A stretch of 48,679 bases of DNA, taken from the IMG/VR virus record IMGVR_UViG_3300033475_000040, positions 1 through 48,679 of that record, one strand, 5' to 3'. This document shows, piece by piece, positions 1 through 8,271 of this stretch (the first letter of the stretch is position 1; each line of letters opens with the position of its first letter). Source of the stretch: a virus (lineage: Duplodnaviria; Caudoviricetes). The position numbers were made by a program, and so were the translations under genes. The notes under the pieces are model-generated. The model did no database searches and was not told the origin of the DNA. It saw nothing but the letters and a program-made list of their open reading frames with translations.

Positions 1-139
1 GGCTCGTGCCGTTGGGGTTCAGGGCGCCCCAGAACGCGGTGCAGCCCGTGAGATTTACGGCCGCGCCCGTGCTGTCGGTCAGGGTCCATGTTTGTTCGTA
101 AGTGTCACCTTGGACGAACATTCCGGTGCATGCGGACAT
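1..139 (-). CDS. Partial CDS running off the left end; BppU-N/Ig-like virion-associated protein
   Basis: Not in the ORF track. ATG at 139 preceded by AGGA; reads MSACTGMFVQGDTYEQTWTLTDSTGAAVNLTGCTAFW. The QGDT...VNLTG pattern resembles BppU-like N-termini. Confidence 0.55.
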   Translation of the reverse strand, partial: MSACTGMFVQGDTYEQTWTLTDSTGAAVNLTGCTAFWGALNPNGTS

Positions 140-177
140 GGCGGTTCCTGCGCGTCGGGCGCGTTGTCAGGCGTGGG

Positions 178-627
178 TTAGGTCGGCGCGACGGTGATCT
201 GCACACCCGGCTTGGCGATGCGCTGCGCGATCCAGATGGGCATGGTAATGGAATGCACGCCGCAGTACGGAGCGCGATGGTGGGTTTCGCACAGAACCAT
301 CAGGTTCAAAATTGAGTCCGGGCTTGTGACCTTGGCATCTGGATCGGCCTTGCTGAACCCATGAGGGTCCACAGCGTGGCATGTCCGTGTCACGGCATCC
401 CAATCAGCGTCTTCGGCTAGAGCCCATTCCACCGCGAAGTGATGCACCTCTCTTTGCAATCTTGAGCCGCATATCCAGCACCCAAGATCAAGATCGCGGA
501 CAAGGTGGCGTTTATTGCGCCGGAACTCTTCGGACTCGGTGCGCGGTGGATGTTCGGGATACCAGACTGCCTGGTGCAGTTCTTCGTCTTGTTCGTGCGA
601 GGGGATAATTTTCTCTTCTTTGGCCAT
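178..627 (-). CDS. HNH-like Zn-binding phage protein
   Basis: CWICG, EVHH, NLMVLCETHH...GVH motifs; located in the lysis-region cluster. Confidence 0.65.
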   Translation of the reverse strand: MAKEEKIIPSHEQDEELHQAVWYPEHPPRTESEEFRRNKRHLVRDLDLGCWICGSRLQREVHHFAVEWALAEDADWDAVTRTCHAVDPHGFSKADPDAKVTSPDSILNLMVLCETHHRAPYCGVHSITMPIWIAQRIAKPGVQITVAPT

Positions 628-995
628 TATCCGCCCCTCGAACGCGCTTCGATCAAAGCGGCGACAATGACCGCGACTATTCCCAGAAACCAGCCGCCAA
701 AGGAAAGAGCCCGCCTCCTCATGCCCGACTCGCCGGCCTCGCGGTTGCTCTTGGCGATCAGGATATCGAGCTTTTCGTCCTGCCCATTGAGGTGTTGCTT
801 GATGCCGTCGAACCGCTCGTTAATGGCCTTGAACTGCGCAGCATGCGCCGCGTCCGAGCGGTCCATGCGGTCTTCATGAGCCTTGAGCGCGCCTTCAATT
901 CGTCCGATGTCACGCTCAACGCCCATGTCTTCTTTTGCCCTTGGTGCGCGAACGCGCTTTGTTTTCGGGATATCCCCTGAAATGGTTTGGCTCAT
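627..995 (-). CDS. Coiled-coil protein with C-terminal TM helix (holin/XhlA-like lysis protein)
   Basis: ATG at 995 overlaps the upstream stop (ATGA); coiled coil followed by hydrophobic GGWFLGIVAVIVAALI. Confidence 0.55.
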   Translation of the reverse strand: MSQTISGDIPKTKRVRAPRAKEDMGVERDIGRIEGALKAHEDRMDRSDAAHAAQFKAINERFDGIKQHLNGQDEKLDILIAKSNREAGESGMRRRALSFGGWFLGIVAVIVAALIEARSRGG

Positions 996-1618
996 GCTTG
1001 CACAAGCTCCAGCCGCCAAAGATTCATCCCCTGCTTCACGATGAACTCGGGCGATGCCTCACGCTCAGCGCCCCATGTGGCGTCATCGAACCTGTTGGCG
1101 TTCCAGCCGTCCAGGATCGTCGCGTGCGCACCTTCCTCAGGAGAATCCACAGGCGCCCATTCTTCCTGCGTCATCTGGGCTTCATCGAGGTCAGCGGTGA
1201 AATAGCAAAACCCCGTGTCGATGATCGTCTGCTTGATGCCGGCAGTGTCGGTCAGCGCGATTTCGTGGATGCCTCCGAGGCGATAGCCGCCGATGGGATT
1301 AGCGAGCCAGTAATTGAAAAGCGTCGCAGGATCGAGCCCCTGATCCGCCGGCATGCCGCCGAGCTTCACGTAGAGGTCGAACGGCTCATGATCCGCGAAC
1401 GGCGTGAAAATCCCGCGCCGGGCGTTGGCGGTTGCCGCGGCGTTGAACGCGGCCACAGTCACGCAGTCGCCGTGCAGGTCGTTTTCCCCGAGGCAGATCG
1501 GCGTGCCGACGATGCGGGAATATGAGAACGGGAAGTTCGGGCCGCCGATAAGGCGCGGGCGCGGCGGAGCCTGGAAGGTGTTGGGGAGAACGCCGGGGCG
1601 GCGCATGGTGCGGGGCAT
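992..1618 (-). CDS. Papain-like cysteine peptidase, candidate endolysin
   Basis: GENDLHGDCV (Cys), GAHAT (His) and TWG motifs; lies among lysis-type membrane genes. Confidence 0.6.
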   Translation of the reverse strand: MPRTMRRPGVLPNTFQAPPRPRLIGGPNFPFSYSRIVGTPICLGENDLHGDCVTVAAFNAAATANARRGIFTPFADHEPFDLYVKLGGMPADQGLDPATLFNYWLANPIGGYRLGGIHEIALTDTAGIKQTIIDTGFCYFTADLDEAQMTQEEWAPVDSPEEGAHATILDGWNANRFDDATWGAEREASPEFIVKQGMNLWRLELVQA

Positions 1619-1926
1619 TAGCTTTGCCCCTCAAGAAAACATGGATGAACAAACACGCGCATTGCCCCGAACGTATCCGGCGATAAAAACTCGTCTTTCG
1701 GCCAGCGTGCGGGAGGCGCGATCTTGTTCGGGTCGCAATAGATGGTCACGACCTCCGTATCCGTCACGTCAATTACCCGATAAAGTTCAAGGTCAGCCCG
1801 GCACGTCGTATAATAATCTCCCGCCTTCGGTTGCCATTTGAAACCGCTGTAGTATTTCAACGCCAATGCCTGAAGCTTTTGGCTTTCAGTCAATTCTGTC
1901 GGCGACTTAACTGCTTGTTCGGCCAT
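1618..1926 (-). CDS. Hypothetical phage protein
   Basis: 102 aa ORF abutting the next gene; protein-like composition. Confidence 0.6.
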   Translation of the reverse strand: MAEQAVKSPTELTESQKLQALALKYYSGFKWQPKAGDYYTTCRADLELYRVIDVTDTEVVTIYCDPNKIAPPARWPKDEFLSPDTFGAMRVFVHPCFLEGQS

Positions 1927-1940
1927 TGCAAGCCCCGCAA

Positions 1941-1968
1941 AGAAAAAGAGGGCGGCCGAAACCGCCCC
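1941..1968 (-). terminator. Rho-independent terminator
   Basis: Minus strand GGGCGG-TTTCGG-CCGCCC followed by TCTTTTT, just after the stop at 1977. Confidence 0.7.
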
Positions 1969-1976
1969 GGTTGCAG

Positions 1977-2510
1977 TTAGGCGGCGTGGAGGATCGTCAG
2001 GGCCTGGTTGATCCCCATCTTCGGCTTGGCCGCGCCAACGCTGGTCGAAGCCACAGCCTCACCGATCGCCAGCACGGTCTGCAGCGCGTCCACGGTAGTG
2101 ACGACATTGGCGGCCAACGAACCCGCAAGGCTCGTCGCAACCACCACTACATCGTTCATCAGGGACGAGGCGTCGGCCTCAAACGCGCTCACTGCGGCCG
2201 GTACGCTGGCGACGGTGAAGGTCAGCGTAGCGACGCCCTTGTTCGCCGCATTTAGCGCGGCAACCTGTCCTGCCATGTCAGCAACAAGGGCATTGATCGC
2301 GGCGACTTTGACCGAGCCTAACGCGGCACTCAGTGCCGGCACGCTCAGCAGCGTGGATACGCCGTTCTTCACGGCGGTGGCATAGGCCTGCAATGTTACG
2401 AGGTTCAGCGTGATCGTGGTGACGCCGTTGACAGTGGTGGAGGCACAGGCAGCGAGAGCAAGCGCGGGCAATGCCAGCGCAGAGGTGCGCAGCAGGAAGC
2501 GACGGTTCAT
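1977..2510 (-). CDS. Lipoprotein, possibly spanin-like
   Basis: MNRRFLLR signal with lipobox LAAC; helical Ala/Val-rich body; follows the holin-like gene. Confidence 0.7.
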   Translation of the reverse strand: MNRRFLLRTSALALPALALAACASTTVNGVTTITLNLVTLQAYATAVKNGVSTLLSVPALSAALGSVKVAAINALVADMAGQVAALNAANKGVATLTFTVASVPAAVSAFEADASSLMNDVVVVATSLAGSLAANVVTTVDALQTVLAIGEAVASTSVGAAKPKMGINQALTILHAA

Positions 2511-2573
2511 GATGTGGGACTTTCGGTTTGTTTGGAGGGGAAAAGCCGGCGGCGCGGCGGCGCGCGGCCGGGA

Positions 2574-2903
2574 TTAGGCGGCGGGAGCGGCGGTCGGCGC
2601 GGCTGGGCCGGAACCCACGGCTTGGACGGTCGACGAATTCGCGCCCGGGACCGGCGTAAACGTGCCCGATGAGGTGAACTGTTGAAAGGCAACGGGGGCC
2701 GGCGCAACCCAGCGCTGCCAAACCTTGAGCTGCGAAATCACATGAACGGCCGTGTGAGCGGCCAGGATGATGAGGCCGGCGATATCGACAGCGACGTAAT
2801 TCGGCATGTCAGCGTAACCGTTTTTGCTGGCGAAATAGAGGATTGGCGCGACGAGCAGTGCACCGCTGGCCGTTGTCGCTACGGCGGTCGTGGTAGTGGT
2901 CAT
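2574..2903 (-). CDS. Putative holin (two TM segments)
   Basis: Two hydrophobic stretches and a Pro/Ala-rich tail; lysis-cluster position. Confidence 0.55.
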   Translation of the reverse strand: MTTTTTAVATTASGALLVAPILYFASKNGYADMPNYVAVDIAGLIILAAHTAVHVISQLKVWQRWVAPAPVAFQQFTSSGTFTPVPGANSSTVQAVGSGPAAPTAAPAA

Positions 2904-3251
2904 TGGGATTTTTCCTTCATAGCTTTGTGGATCTGGTGGATTTCAACAGCGGCTGCATGCGTCTCAGCGCCGATGCGCCGTACCTCTTCGAGGATCGCCA
3001 TCGTGGCGTCGTGTTGTTCTTTCGATTGAACTGCGAGCCGGTCGGCCTGGATCTTTCCCGACACTGCCAACACAGGCAGTGCTACGAGTTGCAGAAGCCC
3101 CGATGAGACGAACTGAACCGGTCGCCATCGCCGCCGGCCAGACCAGCGGGATCAGCGGCAGGAGGGTGAAGCTCCAAACGCAGGCGCTGGTCTCGATCGC
3201 GGCAGCGCATCCCGAGATGAACAGCCAATTGATGCGGCGCAGGATGCTCAT
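2900..3251 (-). pseudogene. Frameshifted membrane-protein gene (DUF1003-like), or a sequencing indel
   Basis: Removing one base near 3119-3121 gives a 116 aa ORF MSILRRINWL...AAMATVQFVSSGLLQLVALPVLAV...KEKSQ with ATGA overlaps at both ends. Confidence 0.7.
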
Positions 3252-3697
3252 GGGCGGCGGCGCGACATGGTTTCGGCGATAGCAAACGGCGCGATGGCCA
3301 GCAGGTCGACCACCAGCGCCCACCAATGAACGAGGAACGGCGAGACCAGCACCCAAGAGATGAAGAAGCAGGCCCTGACGTAATTCCAGGCCGTCATCGG
3401 CACGTTGTTCATCACGTTCCAACAGTGGTTTTTCTGGACCAGCACCGAGAGCATGCGGCAACCGACACAGCCCCACCATTTGCGCTGGGCGGCCGGGACA
3501 CGGACGTTGCCGGGGCGGTAGCCAGCGGCTTCGGCGGTGTGCACGCTGACGGTCATGTTGGCCCGCCCGTCGAAGGCCACGACGTTCAGTCCCTGGTCCT
3601 CGAGCAGCCCGAGCTGCACAAGTCGGCCGGCAATGAACGTGCCGACAGCACGAAGGGCGCGCGCGGCGAGGCCGGGCGCGGATTTCAGGGGCGACAT
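3248..3697 (-). CDS. Conserved phage hypothetical with C-terminal TM segments
   Basis: DQGLN...G...TVS...WWGCxxC...HC pattern seen in tail/lysis-region phage proteins. Confidence 0.6.
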   Translation of the reverse strand: MSPLKSAPGLAARALRAVGTFIAGRLVQLGLLEDQGLNVVAFDGRANMTVSVHTAEAAGYRPGNVRVPAAQRKWWGCVGCRMLSVLVQKNHCWNVMNNVPMTAWNYVRACFFISWVLVSPFLVHWWALVVDLLAIAPFAIAETMSRRRP

Positions 3698-3714
3698 GGG
3701 GTTAACCTCTTGGG

Positions 3715-4287
3715 TTAAGGCGCGCGTTGGTCCGGCGCGATCTTCGGGCTTTCCCTGGTGAACACAAACAGAGCCCGCGTCACCGAATAGGGTTGCAGCC
3801 CGTATTTGCTGGTCTCGGCCACGACCAGACGCCCCGTGGCGCGGTCATAGGCATAGAAACCGATCTGGTTGATCGCGATTTCCGTGCTTTTGCCGTATAG
3901 CGCGATCTCTGGCGTGGACATCAACGCCGCGATTTTGAAGGCCGGGATGCCGACAAGGAGCGATTTCAGGTCGTAGCTGTCGACGCCCGTGAACGGGACG
4001 ACGATGACGGCGGCGGTCTTCTGGTTGTCGCTCAGCGGCGTGCCCTGGCCCAGGAGCCACGCCTTAAACGCAGCAAGCTCGTATTTCGAGCCGGTGAAGT
4101 CTGATGGGTCAACATACGCCGACCCGGGGATCGGGACCGCCGGCAGCGACGCGATGGCTTTTGCCTCGGAGGATGAGACAATTAGCTGCTGGGTCGCGCT
4201 GGTTTTTGGGGGCTCTGTGGTGATTGTGCTGGAGCAGGCGGTTAGGGCCAGCACACATGCCAGCGTGGCCATCGGCCGAACGGACAT
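3715..4287 (-). CDS. Lipoprotein (DUF6655-like)
   Basis: Lipobox LTAC; SATQQLIVS and P-EIALY motifs. Confidence 0.65.
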   Translation of the reverse strand: MSVRPMATLACVLALTACSSTITTEPPKTSATQQLIVSSSEAKAIASLPAVPIPGSAYVDPSDFTGSKYELAAFKAWLLGQGTPLSDNQKTAAVIVVPFTGVDSYDLKSLLVGIPAFKIAALMSTPEIALYGKSTEIAINQIGFYAYDRATGRLVVAETSKYGLQPYSVTRALFVFTRESPKIAPDQRAP

Positions 4288-4378
4288 GGCAGAAATCCTT
4301 GCAAAGCGTGAATGGACGCGCGCCTAAACTGATGTTAACGTTTGGCTAACCTAGGGACAAAATTATAGGGCGGCCAAA

Positions 4379-5497
4379 ATGCTCATTTCTGAGGCTTTGC
4401 AGCGCGAGAATAACAACGCCGATCTTTTGCGCCTAATCGCCGCTCTGGCGGTTATTTTCGGACACGCATTCTTCCTTGCCCCCAAGCCTGGTGTGCATGA
4501 GGCTCTAAAGGCATATTTAGGCTTTGATTATTCGGGATCGCTCGCGGTCAAGTTCTTCTTCTTCTTGAGCGGCCTCCTGGTCACAAATAGCTGGCTTAAG
4601 AATCCGTCGATTTACCACTTCGCAGCAAGCCGCTTTTTTCGGATCTTCCCCGCGCTGGTAGTCGGCAGTGGCGTCTGCCTCCTGGTTGTTGGGCCGCTCC
4701 TAACCACGTTGCCCCTCAAGCAATATTTCGCAAGCGCCAACATTCTCCAGCAGATGTTTTGGCATCCGCAGTATGTCTATACAGTTCCTGGAGTTTTTCA
4801 GGACAATACGTTCAAGCAAGCAAACGGCGCCCTTTGGACGCTTCCCTACGAACTGACGATGTATATTCTGCTTCTGGGCATAGGCCTTACTGGTTTTTTT
4901 CGTCACAAGAAAATCGCGACGCTTGCTCTATCTGCGGTTGCATTTCTGTTTTTCTGGAAGACGGACACCATCCAAATTCTCGGCCTTCCAAATGCGAACG
5001 AGGCGGGACGGCTCATCTCCTTATTTGCTCTAGGGGCGCTGTGCGCGCTCCATAAGGGGCGAATCTCCATCGACTTTCGCATCATCGTCGGGCTGACGAT
5101 CCTGTGTTACGCCTTACGTTGGACGCCGCTTTTTATCTGGGTCTTTTACGCGGACTTTTTGGCTCTCGCGTTGTGGCTGATGTCTGCGAAGTTTGTCATG
5201 CCCCTAAAGCTTCCAGGGGATTTTTCATATGGCGTGTATATTTACGGCTGGCCCGTCCAGCAGTTCGTTGTTTATGAGTTCCCCCACACGGGGCCACATT
5301 TCAACCAACTCTTGAGCATGCCAATCGCGCTCATTTGTGGCGTTCTGTCTTGGTATTTAGTCGAACGGCGCTGCCTGAAATTAGTTCGGATTTTGTCCCT
5401 GGATCAGATGAGAGAGCGCTACCGCGCTCTCGTGCATGTGATTGCACCGCCAGCCGTCAACGTGGAAGCGGTGAATGCCGCGGATGCGCCAAGATAA
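4379..5497 (+). CDS. Acyltransferase-3 family (OafA/Oac-like) surface polysaccharide O-acyltransferase moron
   Basis: DLLRLIAALAVIFGH, AVKFFFFLSG, RFFRIFP, NGALWTLPYE, GDFSYGVYIYGWPVQQ and SWYLVE motifs; many TM helices; opposite strand and lower GC than flanks. Confidence 0.93.
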   Translation: MLISEALQRENNNADLLRLIAALAVIFGHAFFLAPKPGVHEALKAYLGFDYSGSLAVKFFFFLSGLLVTNSWLKNPSIYHFAASRFFRIFPALVVGSGVCLLVVGPLLTTLPLKQYFASANILQQMFWHPQYVYTVPGVFQDNTFKQANGALWTLPYELTMYILLLGIGLTGFFRHKKIATLALSAVAFLFFWKTDTIQILGLPNANEAGRLISLFALGALCALHKGRISIDFRIIVGLTILCYALRWTPLFIWVFYADFLALALWLMSAKFVMPLKLPGDFSYGVYIYGWPVQQFVVYEFPHTGPHFNQLLSMPIALICGVLSWYLVERRCLKLVRILSLDQMRERYRALVHVIAPPAVNVEAVNAADAPR

Positions 5498-6987
5498 ACG
5501 ACCGTTGATGATGTGATGTTAAATTCACCACGACTCATATTTAGGATAGGCGTCTGTGTATTCCCCGTGACGCTTATCCCCGCCTCTTCCGCAATAGGCA
5601 GGCCGCTTACTACGTTCGGCGAAGTTGCGGATACTGAATTGATCCATGCGGTAACTGCGGTTAGATTGGTCGTGGAGGCCGGATCATAGGACACGCGTCC
5701 ATCGCAATACCAATCGCCTGGAGATAGAGTTACGCTGGTCACATTTGCGGAAACTCCGCTGGTCAATGATGCAGTAGTAGCAGGAACTCCGGAGAATTGT
5801 TTCTCGCCGACATAGCCGGCTGGCGCAGCCACGCCGGAAGTATTTCCTTGGATCGCTACGCCTCCCGTACCTTTTCCGGCCAGCAGCAGCAATATATTCG
5901 TGTCGCTACCCTGCGCGGCGATGGTGGGCGGGTTCCCCGTTGTGGCGTTGGTTGTCTCAGCAAAGTTTACCGCGCCAGAATTGTTAGATGCGAGGAATAG
6001 AGGAGTACCGGACGCATTCAGCCATTCTATTTGATTATCATTAAATACCTGTGCGACCGAACCAGATGCCGTGGTTCCGTTGCCAAGTATCGAAGCGGTG
6101 GCCGTGTTGGCCGCGCCATACCACTGAAGCTCTTGTCCATGGCCTAATGCAATGGCAATTGCAGTTCCAGTTGTGCCGTTATCCTCCGTCAGCGCATTCG
6201 CCCCGAACACAATGCCCTTGTCATAGGTCGCGCCGTTGTTTTGGATATTTATGGCTGCTGTCGAGGGGAATTGTCCAGTAGGCGAATACCCACCACCAGC
6301 CGCAAGTTGCGCGGTGATAGTCTGACTTGCATTTTGCTGGTACGGATCTGAATCGGCCACGCCAACATAATTCATCGTATCGGCTTCAAGGCCGTACGCG
6401 CCACCCGTGCCGCTTCCAGATGTGTCGCGGTATCCCTCGGGGTATAGACCCCACGCTTGAGTTACCCCAGATGTTCCGTTATTTACTCCGATACCCGTGA
6501 TTGCGATCGGCTGCGCGCCGCCCGCCTGCGTCCCAACCTGCGCCCCAGATACAAAAGGCGTTTCTGAGTTGGCGACATTTGTATTTTCAACCGCGAGCGT
6601 TGAGGTCTGCACATAGCCATAAGTGCGCCCCTTGGCGATCTGGTACTGTGTCAGCCAATCAGGCTGTGACGCCACATTTGTGCCCAGGTTAGCAGCTGCC
6701 TCGCCAACAAACAGCCTATCCTGAATGCGATTTACATTCGCTCCAAGGTTCTGGTAGAACTGACCGCTTGAGCTTTGGTTGAGCGACGTGATGTCACTGT
6801 TTACGCCACTGGCTGCGGCACCGAGATTCGTCCGCGCGGTGGCCGCAGTGTTCCCGCCTGTGCCACCGTTGGCCACTGTCAGGGGATTCTGCAGCGTCAC
6901 GGAATTGAACGTCGGTGACGGATATGTCTGGGCGAAGGCCAGCACCGGCGCGCACGACAGCGCGGCCGCGAGAAGCAGATTTTTCAT
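5419..6987 (-). CDS. Tail fibre / receptor-binding-like protein with apparent N-terminal signal peptide
   Basis: NGGTGG...ARTNLGAAASGVNSDITSL fibre motif; Gly/Asn/Thr-rich body; C-terminal GYVGE...LSPGDW domain. Confidence 0.75.
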   Translation of the reverse strand: MKNLLLAAALSCAPVLAFAQTYPSPTFNSVTLQNPLTVANGGTGGNTAATARTNLGAAASGVNSDITSLNQSSSGQFYQNLGANVNRIQDRLFVGEAAANLGTNVASQPDWLTQYQIAKGRTYGYVQTSTLAVENTNVANSETPFVSGAQVGTQAGGAQPIAITGIGVNNGTSGVTQAWGLYPEGYRDTSGSGTGGAYGLEADTMNYVGVADSDPYQQNASQTITAQLAAGGGYSPTGQFPSTAAINIQNNGATYDKGIVFGANALTEDNGTTGTAIAIALGHGQELQWYGAANTATASILGNGTTASGSVAQVFNDNQIEWLNASGTPLFLASNNSGAVNFAETTNATTGNPPTIAAQGSDTNILLLLAGKGTGGVAIQGNTSGVAAPAGYVGEKQFSGVPATTASLTSGVSANVTSVTLSPGDWYCDGRVSYDPASTTNLTAVTAWINSVSATSPNVVSGLPIAEEAGISVTGNTQTPILNMSRGEFNITSSTVVYLGASAAFTASTLTAGGAITCTRAR

Positions 6988-7013
6988 GTCGGGAATTTTC
7001 CGTTTGGGAAGGG

Positions 7014-7298
7014 TTAGGCTGCGGGAGCCTGAAAGAACGCGATCACGCCGTTATCGAGATAGAAACCCGTTGCGCTCGGCGGGGAAGTCGGCAGGCCAGA
7101 CGCCCACGTCACCAGCGCGGCGTTCAGCGCCGAAGGGGTAATACTGCCCGATGATTGCGGAACCTGCGCAATAACGTAGGCCGCAATCGCGGATAGCGGG
7201 GCCGTGCAGAGCGCCAGCCTCTCATTCTGCGGTTGGCGAATAGACACAAGTTCGCTGCCCGTCAGCGGAAGCTGCGGGGCTCCATAAATTTCTTCCAT
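7014..7298 (-). CDS. Small tail-fibre-associated protein
   Basis: LTGSELVSI N-terminus; LPTS...NGVI C-terminal motif shared with the baseplate protein. Confidence 0.6.
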   Translation of the reverse strand: MEEIYGAPQLPLTGSELVSIRQPQNERLALCTAPLSAIAAYVIAQVPQSSGSITPSALNAALVTWASGLPTSPPSATGFYLDNGVIAFFQAPAA

Positions 7299-7305
7299 GA
7301 TACTC

Positions 7306-8259
7306 CTAGGAATATTCGTAGATGATTACGATTCCGCCAGCGCCGCTGCCGCCTGTGAGCGCGCCATTGCCGGAGACACTGCATGTGCCGCCACCGCCGG
7401 AGCCTGGAGTAATGGCGTTGACTCCGTTGTTATTCTGGGACGTTGCAGCGCCACCGCCGCCCAGAAAGCTAGCGCCGCCCTGGGCACCGAAGCCGAGACC
7501 TGCAGCAAGCCCGATGCTGATCCCGCCAGGAGCGCCGTTAGCATTGAAGATGGTGCCCCCAGTCGCTAGGGGGGATGTTCCACCGCCTTCGCCGAACGGC
7601 GCCCCCGTTGGTCCGCCATGATTCCCGCCTGCTCCGCCCGGGGCTATGAGGATTGACCCATAACTGCTTTGGCCTCCGTTTCCACCAGCGCCGCCGGTGA
7701 CAGGAGCGCCGCCCGCCCCGACAGTGATGGTGACAGCCCCCGTGACAGCATAAACGCCACGCCCAGGGGAGCCAGCCGATCCAGGCGCGCCGCACGATAC
7801 CGTAGTAGACGTAGAGGCCGGAGCGCCCCCACCAGCGCCTCCCCCGCCTATGGCAAGGACATCGGCCATATTGGCGCCGGGCGTCGGCGTGTACGTGAAT
7901 GTGCCTGGGGTTGCGAAAGTTTTGACGTTCAGGAGGCGGCCGGGCGCAACTTGGAGAAAATTCCCCATCTGTCCGGCCGTTGGCGCGCTATATACAAAAT
8001 CGCCAACCGCCCACGTAAGCGCCGTCGTCCCTTCCTGCGCACGCAGAACTGTCAGCGTCGCGCCGGAAACCGCCGTCGCATACATGATCTCGAAATTCTG
8101 GCGCGTGGCCTGGTCATTCAGGGTGATGGCCATCACGTCGCCGCTTGGGATCGAAGACGGAAGATTGACAGCACTCGACAGCGTAATTGTCGTCGAGGAT
8201 GCAGTAATTGGCGACGCAAGCGACGTGTTGATGTTGTTATCAAAGAAAAAAATTGTCAT
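7306..8259 (-). CDS. Glycine-rich tail fibre protein
   Basis: EIMYATA...LTVLRAQEGT baseplate-attachment motif; GGGGAGG...GGSGAGGIVIIYEY Gly-rich domain. Confidence 0.8.
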   Translation of the reverse strand: MTIFFFDNNINTSLASPITASSTTITLSSAVNLPSSIPSGDVMAITLNDQATRQNFEIMYATAVSGATLTVLRAQEGTTALTWAVGDFVYSAPTAGQMGNFLQVAPGRLLNVKTFATPGTFTYTPTPGANMADVLAIGGGGAGGGAPASTSTTVSCGAPGSAGSPGRGVYAVTGAVTITVGAGGAPVTGGAGGNGGQSSYGSILIAPGGAGGNHGGPTGAPFGEGGGTSPLATGGTIFNANGAPGGISIGLAAGLGFGAQGGASFLGGGGAATSQNNNGVNAITPGSGGGGTCSVSGNGALTGGSGAGGIVIIYEYS

Positions 8260-8271
8260 TGGATTCCGTGC

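Noticed and set aside
2964-3479. 171 aa ORF as listed in the track
   Set aside because: Chimera of an out-of-frame 5' part, the real N-terminal half and post-frameshift sequence; better explained as the broken gene 2900..3251
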